NCBI GenBank assembly: GCA_010015585.1
Contig: ML975149.1
Length of the DNA stretch: 64,000 nucleotides
Direction: 5' to 3' (one strand)
DNA from: Eremomyces bilateralis CBS 781.70
Lineage: Eukaryota
Shown piece after piece: positions 47,348 through 59,003 of this stretch. The notes beneath the pieces are model-generated. The model was not told the origin of the DNA, searched no databases, and saw nothing but the letters and a program-made list of their open reading frames with translations. The stretch's first letter is position 1; the number at the start of each line of letters is the position of its first letter. The position numbers and the translations under genes are program-made.

Positions 47348-48785
47348 TCACGCTACGGACTTCTCTACTTCCGGGCCTTTGTAAGGGTCAGTTGCTAGAC
47401 CCATGATATTGTAACATACTGCAGCAGTCATTAGCATGGAACATTCGGTTTCACATCCACGGATAAGAATACTCACTATTAAACCCGAGATCGTCCTGGA
47501 AGAAGTTCTGCATGACTTCATCTCCATACTTGAGACCCGTGTCCGGGTGGTATGCCACTGCTGTGGCACCCACCGCCAACGCGATCATCGGCGGGATCGG
47601 CGGCAGTTCATCGAACTTTGGCTCTGTACCGTTGTGCTTCTGTACCATTTGCTGGTAGATATTCGACGCGGAGATTGCGCCGGCAAACATCGCTGCACCG
47701 CAGCGTTTGATGCCGGACCAGGCGATCATATCGCCAGCCGCGAAATGCGAAGTGTTGTTTGGGATATCGCCGGTGAACTCAAGTCTGTACTAGGTTAGCA
47801 TGGGCGTGGATGAATTGGTTGAAAGAACTCTCTATACCGGCTGTTGACCTTGACCAAACCCTCATCGTTCAGCGCCCCGGCTGGGATATATGAGCTGGTT
47901 GGCATCGGTCTGGAAATGGCACTGATGACATGGCTGGCGCGCATGTGTGTTCCATCGGTGAATGTGACGTCGTATAATGTTGTACCGTCGTTTGTGGACA
48001 CCGGTTCTGAGCCCTTCACCCGGTGACCAAGTATTACCTCCACCCCTCCCTCAACCAGAAGTTCTTTGGTTTTCTCTGCCATCTCATCTGGCAGCTCTTC
48101 AGACGAGAGCAGTCTGTCTCTGGAATGCACGAGTGTGACTCTAACCTGCGGGTGCACCAGCTGGAGCTCCGCGGCCATTTCAATTCCCACTGCACCACCG
48201 CCGATTACTACGACCCGTTCTTTAGCTTCCTTGATTGACTGAATATGCCCGTCTGCCTCCACCAGCCACTTCTTCTTTTTCAAGGCCTGTGGAACCGTGG
48301 GCCACACACGTCTGAGGCCGGATGCAGCGACAAGATAGTCGTAGTCATGCTGTGTGTGTTCGTTGGAATCGGTTCTTGATATGGTCGCAGTACGGGTATT
48401 AGGGTCGATGGAGGTCACTGTTCCTTGGAGAAATGAGACGTCGGTGTGTTTCAAAGCCGGGATTTCAGAGAAAGGAACCCATGCTTTTCTTGCGTACTCT
48501 TCAGTAGCTAAAGCGAGGGGCGAACCGATGAGATGGACTATTCAGAGATGTTAGCGTCTTGTGTTCTCTAAATATCGAAGGGGAAGACTAACAGAATCCG
48601 TCTCGTTCATCGACGATTGTGATTTGGACTGGAAGCGCTGGCCTGTCCGACGCCGGCCGGTCAGTTGGAGCAGATCGAGCCTTTCTGCCTTGACTCATAT
48701 CGAGAAGATTGAGGGCGGCAGCCAGGCCACCATATGATCCTCCAGCCACGAGGATTCTCGTTCGAGCTAAGTTTGCTACGGCCAT
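47348..48785 (-). CDS. AIF/AMID-like FAD/NAD(P)H pyridine nucleotide-disulfide oxidoreductase
   Basis: ILVAGGSYGG, YDYLVAASG, VVVIGGGAVGIEMA, FAAGD, GIKRCGAAM; 3 introns. Confidence 0.88.
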
Positions 48786-49812
48786 TCTTGCGGCGTTTTA
48801 AGAGATCTGTATACTGAGAAAGACGAGGTGGTTACGGAGGAGATCAGACTTAATTGGTACGTGGTAAATGGGCAGTAGAGTGTGAAAAGACTTCAAACCA
48901 GGGTATGGGTATCAGGCTACTGGAGAGCAAGAAGAATGAAGGAGGAGAGTCTGCTTAGGACACGAAATATGAGGACATCGGGCTCATGATCACCCCGCAG
49001 CTTTCAGGCTAGCGGGGGTCATGAAGAAAGCGACGATTTCATGTTAGTCCCGCCGAAATCGCCCGTGCCGAGCATCTTAGGCCGTTGGGCGCTGGTTTAT
49101 CATGAACAACCCACGTGCGTCTCACGGCAACCCGTACCCGACTATCCGTTGAGGGGATGGGATGTCCATGTTGAAACCCAGCACAAGCATGGCTTATGCA
49201 CTTACAAAAATCCGCCTAGTATCTCGCCATGTGCCCTCGAAAAGTCGAAAGACTCCGGTATCGCGGACAATGGAAGATTCGATGGAAGGATGTGGTTGAA
49301 ACCTCGGGGGTAATTTGCGTGTGGTGGTTCCAGGGCCCCAGTTTTCATGCATGTAAACGCGGATCTGATAACTTTAACGGATCTGATAATTCCAATTGCA
49401 AGGAAGAATTTGAATCAGATAAGCCCGCTACGCCAGATACGTCGGAGGCTTCGCTCTACCGGCTTAGTGCTATCCACTCCGGCTTGAAGACCGAGAGCCC
49501 GCGAGGGACGAGGGTTTGTGTGGAAATTCATCATGGTTTGTGTTCAGATGAACAGTACCTACACATTCTCGGCAGCATAAAGAGGAGAACTCTAATTCAC
49601 GAGGAAAAGACACCAGATTGTTCCTGGCAATCGATAATGCCATGAAATCATGAAAAGGGCTGGTATGAGTCCTCCCTAGAATATATGGAATGAGGATTTG
49701 CCCAACAGCTCAGTCCTCCCCAAATCAGACTTCAAAAACCAACCTAGCGAGCCTTCGGATGGGCTACTACGTATGGATTACGTTGCTTATTCAAATAGCG
49801 ATACAATAATCC

Positions 49813-51436
49813 TCATTCCCGGCGCGTATCTAGAATCGTTGGTTCCAAAGTCCATGCGCCGTAACCAAAAGAGAAACTAATGATAGAGATAGAAGTACCG
49901 TTAGACACCCTGTCTCGGACACTTGCGCTGATATCGGCAGTTCTCGAAAAATCCCCTTCTTTTATGATACCTAGTACCTTCATGGATCTGGACATTTCCG
50001 TCCCACTTGGCAAATACGAATTGAATAATACTTCGGCTTCCCCTTTATATTTCACTTCGGTAACATGTACCCAAGGTACACGGTTCGATAATGAGCCAAA
50101 TATCACGATGTGATATCTATCCTCTGCCTGGATGCAGATGGCACCAAGTTTGCCGGGCGCTGGAGATGGAGGAATAAAGACACTCGTTTGTGGCTCCCAA
50201 TACTCTCTTGGGTAGACTCAGTACGGCCGCCCGGAGTCGTTGATCCTGAATACCCTTATCCAGTTGCTGTAGATCGATGATACCGACCCGGAAAGGGGCT
50301 TTCCAAGCACATAGATCTCTTTATACTCGCCGCCAAACTTCGACCTCCTTGGTAGTACGTCAAGCTGGTGGGTATGCATCCTACCGAACTGGAGGTCCGA
50401 CATCGAATGCCACTGATGAACTACTTTCAAGCGTTCTGAGATAGATTATCGCCGTGTTTTCCTTGTCACCGCCTACACAGCAATCCAGTGAGGCGCGATA
50501 GAAAGTTTCGTTACCCCCTAACCGCTCGTCCGGCAAGAGGTATAGTCGTACCCGGATGCCTTTGTTCGTCATTGAAAACGCGCCAGCCTTTCCCCAGGGT
50601 CCCTTTGAGTGGATATTTTTCTAATGTTCGAAACACCTCGGTGATCGAGCTAGAAGGCCACTCGTCTGATTAGGCGTCGAGTTTTTCCAAGCAAATAAGG
50701 ATTGGTCGTCGGACTGCTTCACGATTTCCTGCTGTAGTCAAATAAAAGCCTTGGGGCCTTCGCCATAAAGTAAGGGCATGTTGACGCCGAACAGACCCAT
50801 GAGGGAGTATGATTGATCCTCGACGCGGGTGGTTGTCCGTCTTGATGCCCACGACATTCATTGTGCAACGGAGAATATCTCTAGATCATGACCAGATAGA
50901 GCGGGTTGCGGGATTCCAGTGGTTTCATGGATCAGCAGCCATAACGTATCTCTCCGCCTGAGCCCTCTCCAGTCTTAGGAATAATAGAACCTGACGGATT
51001 TGGGTGCAAGGAGCTCTTGGAGTGTCCAGCCCCGCGTGAACCATCGACTAGATTTGAACACGATGCTAGAATCGTGGGAACGCAAGGAGCCCGAGTTTGG
51101 GATGTCCACGTCGGAGAGGTAAGCGCTGCAGGCAGCGGCTTCCTTATACCAGAGATACATGGAGTTGATTGCCTCTGAAAGCTCCGCGCTAGACGTTTTG
51201 TCAATACAGCAGGTATCCACCCAGAAATAATCACCCTGCTTTGAAGAAACAAGTTCCTTAAACTTCAAGATTTTCTGCAACCCCAGCTTTTGCTCTCCCG
51301 CTCCATTCAGGACGTCTTGATACGGGATTTCCTGATTGTTTGGATACCAAGTATGGGATATGATGTAATATGATGGGATGTCCGAGTAAAACTCCTCGAA
51401 CTGGAGTCCGGGTTTCTTCGAGTGGAGGAGACCCAT
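49813..51436 (-). pseudogene. HET-domain (heterokaryon incompatibility) gene, pseudogenised
   Basis: ISHTW, WVDTCCIDKTSSAELSEAINSM, WFTRGWTLQELLAP, VNMPLLYGEG; in-frame stops at 50975, 50858, 50738 and 50621; frameshift at about 50430; a further stop at 50218. Confidence 0.9.
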
Positions 51437-52787
51437 TGGATGGAGCTGGTGTAGGTGTTGGCGAGATGAGAACGGCGATAGGTGATATACACGAGCGCTC
51501 ACCAAGCTACCTGTCACGTCCCTAGGTGATCAAGGTCTTACATGGGCAGCGAGTATCGGTTTGCTTTCACGGAGTAGGTCGCGGGTAGGATAGTCCGAGG
51601 ATGCGTTGTCAGTTGTGTCTTTGCTCTTTACTAAAGACCCTGATGACGATGGTCAGATCTCTTCCATAACAAGGCTGAGGAAAGCGTCGGTCAGTGGGAA
51701 AAGCGAACACCGCCCGGCTCCATTACTTCCTCTGCTGTTGAGACGTGGTTGAGAACTTGAGATCAGTTGGCCGAGAGGGGCAGAGAGCGTGAGTACTGAG
51801 TCGGCATGGCTTGACGAATGCGGTTTAGCGTCACTTCTCCCCGATTGATCATTGATGGCTCGTCTCCTCCATGTCAGGCCTCGACGTTCCTTTATTGAAC
51901 AACATCAATTCATGGCCAAAACAGCACGGTGTGAAGAACCTTATTTGGAACCAGTGAATCGGAACGTCAATTCGTCTAAGTTAGCTACATACTCATCAAC
52001 TATCTCATAACTCGACCTCGGCGCTGTGCTAGATGCCGCTCAGCCGTCCCGTATGCCGTTAATGAATTGACTGGATACCTACCGACGACCTAGACCTTTT
52101 CCACTCCGGATTCAAAACGACCCAAATGAAATATCGCAGATCATCCGGGGTTGGCAAGGGAATATTTGATATCTCATTAACATTTCGACCAAGCCTTTCT
52201 AATTCTCACCAAGCGTATTCTATTCTATCTTGACAATATCTGCCAAGTGATATATCTGAGGGACGACGCAAGGGTTCCTCTTCTAGGTTGATTACGTCGA
52301 ACGCGACGCCAGATTTCGATATTGGACTGGCTTCTTTTATACCACATTCACTGCCAATGTGGGGAAATGCGATTTTTCGTTCCTCGAGTCTGTATTCAAG
52401 GCGCTCTGATTTGTCTTCAGTGTCGACCATCCGGAATAACGATATTTTCATATGTTATTTGGCCAGTCGAGTACTTTGCAAACCCCTGGCTACTATATGA
52501 GTCGAATATCCTTTCTGTTCTGGAAGACTCTAGTTATGCTATAGGTTCATAAGTATTGTGTAACTCATCCAAGTCTGTTGACTCCTCGGGCTTCTCGATA
52601 TAACTTATGCACAAAAATGAAGGGGCGATAGCTCGTCTATAATCAAAAGCGGGATTCATACATGATTCTCCTTTCTATAGATTATTATAAGTATCCGTGG
52701 AGTATGGAGTGGAAAATGTCAGGCCGCACCCTTCACAGGATTCATTTGATTGTTTTCAGTCTGTCTACAAGTTCGTTGTGAGTCACG

Positions 52788-54313
52788 ATGAAGCAATTTT
52801 ATTTCCTGTCCTTTTCCGCCCTTGCGGGCGCGGTGGCTATCCGAAAGGACCATGGTCAGTCAGACTATTTCGGCCATCACGAATTACTTGCATTGACACC
52901 GAATTAGCCAAACGACAAGACTCGGGCTTGATCGGAGCCTTCGTGGGGTCGTTGGCCCCGAAGGAAGCCATCACCGCGAACTTAACCAAGACTCTGACGC
53001 CGGAGATCGACCCGAAGGCTACGCGCGAGCTCAAAGTCTGGGGACCATTCAGAATGGGGCCTGCAAATGTCTGTCAATCCTATCACCGATGCCGCTCTTG
53101 GCACTTCTTCCCTTCGCACAAGCAAGCTAATATGTCCAGGGAACTCATGCCCCAGTCGGTGGCCTTAAAGCAGACCCAACCACCGACGCCTTCTACTTTT
53201 CCCTTGCCGACGTCTGCAAGGAATGCATGGTCCTGGGAGGTCAGGCCCAAGTCTCGTTTGCCAATGGATCCCGCCAGGACACCACTGCCGGCGTGTACAC
53301 CCACCATCTGATCACGACAGATGTCGGGAGGAAGAGCCCTCAGTTGCCAGTGACTCCAGTCTGCCCCAATGGCACAGCCGCTGCACCCCCGGGCGGAGCG
53401 TCTGGTATGGGCGGTATGGGCGGTATGGGCGGTATGGGTGGCATGGAAGGTGCTGGTCACTCTCACGGACGGCGTCACTCTCTCGGACGTCGTCAAGATA
53501 GCACGGTTATCCCCGGATTACCTGAGGGGGCAGCTTCTATGGCCGCGTCGATGTTCGTCTCATCGGGTGAAGACGCCTCCCCATCATTCTACGCGTCCAA
53601 CGACCCAACTGTTAAGACTGGGTTCTACATCGCAAAAGACGACAAGATCAGCGGCATGCTTGAACTTGTCAACTATGACAACTGGGAGAAAGACATCTAT
53701 ATGGCCTTGGACTACGAATACCTCCCTGGCCCACGTGAACCAGGATGGTTGGATGTTGGCAAGGGAACGGTCAATATTGACGGATGTGGTGGTTCAATTG
53801 ATTTCCATCCGCCAGCAGACCGTGCCGTGACGTATAACGGAACCGACTGGAAGATCGGAGGAGACGGGTACGTGTTGAACTTCACCCCCCATCTCCACGA
53901 TGGCGCGATCGATGTCAATATATTTTTGAATGGAGAGTCCATCTGCAACTCCAAGGCAATCTACGGCAATGGTGAAGGGAAAATGGAAGTCGATGGTGAG
54001 GATTGGGAGACGATTACGGCGTATGAGCCATGCGAGAAGGCGATCAAGGTCAAGAAAGGCGACATCATGAGGTTGGACTCCACGTACGACTTGACCAAGC
54101 ACCGACTGTAAGTGATCCCCGCCCTTGCACTGTTTAAGCATGAATCCATGCTGGTTCCTTGCGTCTTTGGACCTGGCTAACAACATGCTTTATAGCCGAC
54201 CGGACTCTCAGAATCACGAGATGGGCGCAGAGGCAATGGCGCTTGCTGCGTTTATCTTCGCTCTGCCTGAAGAAGTCGCAGCAACGCCCGCGGATCCGGG
54301 GCATGCTCATTAG
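52788..54313 (+). CDS. Secreted protein with HH, HxH and Met motifs; putative copper-monooxygenase-fold (SURNod19/PHM-like)
   Basis: Signal peptide MKQFYFLSFSALAGAVA; KR site; GVYTHH, PHLHDG, EAMA; 3 introns with frame-consistent splice sites. The function is inferred. Confidence 0.75.
53404..53445 (+). repeat. 9-bp tandem repeat encoding (GGM)n
   Basis: ggtatg ggcggtatg x3 ggtggcatg. Confidence 0.85.
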
Positions 54314-54909
54314 CAGCTCGAGGGGGTGGTGGATGGTGGATAGATATCTCTACAAGTAGGGCAATGAAAATCGTGCAATATGATTATATGAATTAGTTGC
54401 CATCAAATGAAATTGTATCATGGGTGTATCAGTTAAGTGGGAGAGCCTTGCCATGCCGTGGCGGAAGCAAATCATTGAAAGTTGAAACCGAGTGCCAATC
54501 CTTGTGAGTTGTGAGCTGGTCCTGAAGGTGATGGCCAGGAGCGGCGGAAAGTGCGATTTGTTTGATCATCGTATCATGGCATGCTCTTGAAATTCTTCGT
54601 AATTACACGGCACAATCATTCGAAGAACCAACGCCGATCACCAGACGAAACACCAAGATGCCACTCTCCGTGTTGATAGACAAATTATCGTTGACCGATA
54701 GGTATGGCGGCTGAAGTTCATCCTGAGATGTTGGAGACATCGCGCACGGACCACACTGTTTTGTTTACACTTTCAAGATCGCCCGCATCCATTTTAACGT
54801 GGAGCTACATCATTCAGCATTATTATTTCCACCATGATTTCAAAGCCTACCAGGCTCATATTTATTACATTGGATAGCCGGACATCTATTTGAAGGATAT
54901 TGCTAAACA

Positions 54910-56401
54910 ATGGATTTCAACCCCAGGATGAGCACCGTCCGCGGATCCACAAACCACAAACAGTCGCATAAGCAACAGGAGGAAGATGCGTTCATGAACC
55001 TTGTATGTTCATAACCATAACAATGTACAGATCGTTGAATATACTGACGACAGTAGCCTGACAAAGAGATCGCATCATGCATCAGCGACATCGGCCTCAA
55101 CTTCACCCTCGCCGACCTCCAAAAGCCCAACCCACAACAGATCCAGAAGGTCTTCGAATGGTTCGCTGAGCTGCTCATGAACACGACACGAGACGTCGTC
55201 GCACCGGCGATGCGTGCAGCAGCAGATGATATAGCCGGCCAGAACGCCGACGGAGTATTCACAAGCGACACGCGCGATCTGATGGGATTCTTCGTGCAGT
55301 TGCGCCGCTTGCTGCAAGAATGCCAGATCAACGACTTCACCTTCAACGACCTTTACAAACCGACGTACCCCCGCCTCGTCAAGATCTTCAGCTATATCAT
55401 CAACTTCATCCGGTTCCGCGAGTCGCACACTGAGACCATCGATGCGCACTTCAATAAGTCCGAGCGCACGAAGCTGCGCATCGAGCAGCTCTACTCCGAC
55501 AACGCCGCCGCCGAAGCCCACCTGATCTCCCTCCAACGCCACCGCGAAGCTACCGACGCCTCCTTGCGCGAGAAGGAGAAGCGCTCCAACGAGCTCAAGC
55601 AACGTCTGCTCGACCTCAAGAAAGGCCAGGAGCGCGTGTCCGAGCAGCTTGGCCTCATCCGCGCGGAGCAGAGCCGACTGAAAAATCTACTCGAGCAGAA
55701 GACCGAGTCGGCGATGGCGCTGCGGCAGGAGGCGACGAAGCTGCGGCCGTATACCACGCAGAGCCCAGCGGCGTTGGAGACATCGCTGCGGGAGCTGAAC
55801 GCGACGTTGGCGGGCGACAAAGCGAGCGTGGAGGCGCTGGACCGGCGCGCACGTGCATTGCAGACGTCGGCGAACTCGTTCACGCAGGTGACGACGAGCG
55901 TGGTGGACACCTCCCGGCTGCTCAGCGAAGTGTCGGCGGACCTCGCGAAGGAAGACGAGGAAGGGATGAAAGCGACACGACATCGGGAGGCGCTGTCGGA
56001 GCGGTCGAACAACGTGCGGGAAGTGGAGAAGCAGGAGCAGCTGCTGCGGAAGCAGTTGGCGAGCTGGCAGGCGCGGACGGAGAAGTTGCGGCGGCAGGCG
56101 GAGGAGCGGGGGGAGCGGGCACGGGAGCGGATGGAGGTGTTGAGGGGGGAGCATGAGGAGTTGAAGAGGGAGAAGAGGGAGAGGGGGCAGGAGGTGGAGA
56201 GGAGGAGGGTGAGGATCGAGCAGGTGGAGAAGAAGGTGAGTGGACGGCGTAGTTGGATGTGGGCTGTGCTAACTGATCTTGCAGATGGCCGATCTCAAGG
56301 AGAATATCGAGAATGAGGTTAACCACGCGAGGGATGAGTATATGAAGATGGAGAGCCATATTCGGCTCTACGTCACCGAGATGGAACAGTCCATCAATTG
56401 A
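54910..56401 (+). CDS. NUF2: Kinetochore protein Nuf2
   Basis: [40 protein letters not shown], coiled-coil tail, YVTEMEQSI; introns at about 55003-55056 and 56236-56285. Confidence 0.93.
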
Positions 56402-57005
56402 GGTGGGCTTCTCCGTGGATCGCGGGTTGGGTTGGGGGTTTGGGCGCTTGGTTGGCCTCGATATCCGGGAATATGACTTTTTCTGTAGACATAGGAGTTT
56501 ACGAGTACGGATGGTAATGATACCCTTGCTTGATGATTTGGAGCCTGTCTCTAACAATATCTCTCCGTGTTCATAGTTCGGGCTGAAAGGAGCCAGATGA
56601 GTTGATTTGCTGCTCCCGAACGAATGCTTACTGTATTAAATCATGCGGGACAGATGGAGACCTTTTACGTTTTATGATGAATGCTACGCCGTCGAACGAC
56701 GGGCTTTGAAATTGTTCTGGCCATGATAGCATCAATACCAATCGGTTGCGCAACGACAACGAATGTTTCATCAATGTTCTTCTTATCCTCCCTCAACGCC
56801 ATCTCCAATATTCGCCTATCCGTATGCAAGCCCTACTAAAGCTACCCATTCGATGCCCGCTAAAACGCCTCAATCACTGCCCGCGCGCCAAGTACCATCA
56901 GTAATCTCTCGTCCTTAACGATCGAGGTCGAAGATGCGAGAGTCGACTAATAGGCGTCGGGCAACTGTCATCTCCCAGTTAACCTAAGTGATTTAAATCA
57001 TGACC

Positions 57006-58152
57006 TCAAGTTTGCATCGCATCACCATGAGCACCATGAGCACGTCGAGAGTGGCTCCCATTGACAGCGTCATCTTCCCCATCTTCCTCTTCGTCATTAT
57101 CAAGGCCCAGTGGGATCGTCTTCGGTAGATGCAAGCCCTTTTTGCGGGCCTCTTCCTCGGCCCACGATCGTAGCTTAACCAACCCGCGAATCCGTGCCTC
57201 TTTTGGGAGGCCTTGACTCGACAGAATGGCTTCGTTGACTTCAATTGCGACTTTTTTCTTCAAAGCTGGGTCGAGGAGCTCGGACAACTGAGCAGGCAGG
57301 TTGTCGTGAGAGAAGATCAGGAGCGCCATGGTGTGTTCGAAGTCTGAGAGGAATTTTGGATGGGTGGGTGCTCGGGGAGCTAAATGTGTTGTGGCGAATG
57401 TAAGGGCTTCGGTGATGTCGGTGTTAGGCGGGGTGGTACATTTCCGGATGAGTTCGATTAATTGGAGACGGAGAAGGGAGAAGTGAAGGGAGGCGTTGAG
57501 GTCGAGGATCTAGAAGTAGAGATTGATCAGCACACATCTCGCTTAAGAATGAAGATATCGAAGAGATGTATCTGAATGCTTGATCATTTTTAATGGGTTT
57601 ATTGTTTTCGTCCTCATCACGGCCACAACGGACTATGAGTGGTGCATGAAACAGCTTTTAATCATTTCAAGCTTCAAAGAAATAGTAGTTCGACGTACCT
57701 GAGGGTCTAACTCGTTGATCTTCTCTATTGCGGTCTGAATATCGCCCGCATGGATTGCATCTCGAATGGCGACTCGGTCCTCTATTGACACGATTTCTGG
57801 TGTAACTGCAATGCCGGCTTCCTTGGCGAATCTCTTCGCGGCAGAAGGGTAGCCAGCATTGATGAGGTAGTCCATGATGAGCGCATTGATATCCCTGTGT
57901 GTGGTAAAGAGATGAGTTAGATGTCTGAACAGCATGACGAAGAATGAAGGGGCATCAAAGGTAGCGAATAGCTTCCACGTTCAGAAATAAGTTATGTAGT
58001 ACTCCTCATGTAATTATCGGAGAGATTCCCAACTTTGTAAAGATACATCATGTGAAGCTTGAAGGATGAGAGGAAGTTACATACCCTTTCGATGGACGCG
58101 CCTCCTCCACCCGCCGCTCGAAGGGCGTACGGGTGAGAGTTGCTGTCGACAT
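57006..58152 (-). CDS. GID8: CTLH/GID complex subunit (LisH-CTLH-CRA)
   Basis: DINALIMDYLINAGYPSAAKRF LisH; SLHFSLLRLQLIELIR; FEHTMALLIF; VNEAIL; two unusually long (about 190 nt) introns. Confidence 0.88.
57573..57676 (-). ncRNA. Intronic box C/D snoRNA, snR40/U32-like (18S Gm1271 yeast numbering)
   Basis: Terminal stem TGAAGCTTGA/TCAAGCATTCA; C ATGATTA, C' GTGATGA, D ATGA; guide CATGCACCAC complementary to conserved 18S GUGGUGCAUG. Confidence 0.7.
57970..58059 (-). ncRNA. Intronic box C/D snoRNA, SNORD79/Z22-like (LSU Am in GAGAUUCCC)
   Basis: Stem AGCTTCAC/GTGGAAGCT; C ATGATGT, D' CCGA, C' ATGAGGA, D CTGA; guide TGGGAATCTC complementary to LSU GAGAUUCCCA. Confidence 0.75.
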
Positions 58153-58663
58153 GGTCGATGAGCCTAAGCTCTGTAGAAGGGTTAGCGAGGCGTCGTTGTA
58201 ATGTGGGTTGACCGGAAGGGGTTTGTTGAGATAGGACATTCAAAGAAGATTTCATTGAAGGACCAAAGGCGCAGATGAACACATACCATATTTCAGAGCC
58301 GTAGCGCGGTCCTATATAGAGCACGCGAGATGAAGGTGCAGAGGACGAGAGAGTGTAGATGGAAGGTTTTGATGAGAGGGAAGTGAGGATGAAGTCGGTA
58401 CAAGCTTCAGAGCTCACGACAGGGAGCTTATCCATCAGCTGGCAAGGTGAAGGATCGCCCTGTAGGACATCTCTGACCACATTTGGCTAACAGGCACATG
58501 GAACCTGAGGCCAGATGGGTCGAGGAGGTTTTAGACAACATTGTTAAATGTGTTTGAAGAAATTGTGAGGAAGCGAGGATTTTCATTTAGCTTTTAAACT
58601 AGTTTTTGTATGCACACTCTGATTTGGGTATATTACCTAGTATTGTTCAGATTCTTATATATT

Positions 58664-58751
58664 GGGGCAATAGCTCAGTTGGGAGAGTGTGTGACTGAAG
58701 ATTCGGTTCTGGAGTATCATAAGGTCCCTGGTTCGATCCCGGGTTGCCCCA
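58664..58751 (+). tRNA. tRNA-Phe(GAA) with 15-nt intron (58701-58715)
   Basis: GGGGCAA/TTGCCCC acceptor stem; GCTC/GAGT D stem; TGTGA-CT-GAA-G..A-TCATA anticodon arm; GGTTCGATCCC; downstream T-run. Confidence 0.95.
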
Positions 58752-59003
58752 ATTTCTTTTTGTTTTTTTTTGCATTTATCTTTCGATCAGATTGATATGA
58801 AGCGTATTAGCCATCTTTTTTATTAGTTGAATATACCTTGTTCTGTGTTGCCTCACCGTTGAGATTATTGATCTGACGTCTGTCTGTTCCCGAAGGTATA
58901 TTTGATCGGTGAAGGAGTCATCATAAGCAACCACAACGCGTAGCCACTTGTTGTGATCCCACATATATATACTTTCCACTTGTGCGAACGAAGGCATGGG
59001 AAG

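Noticed and set aside
49302..49307. CCTCGG upstream of the AIF-like gene
   Set aside because: Hexamer expected often by chance, with no supporting functional context.
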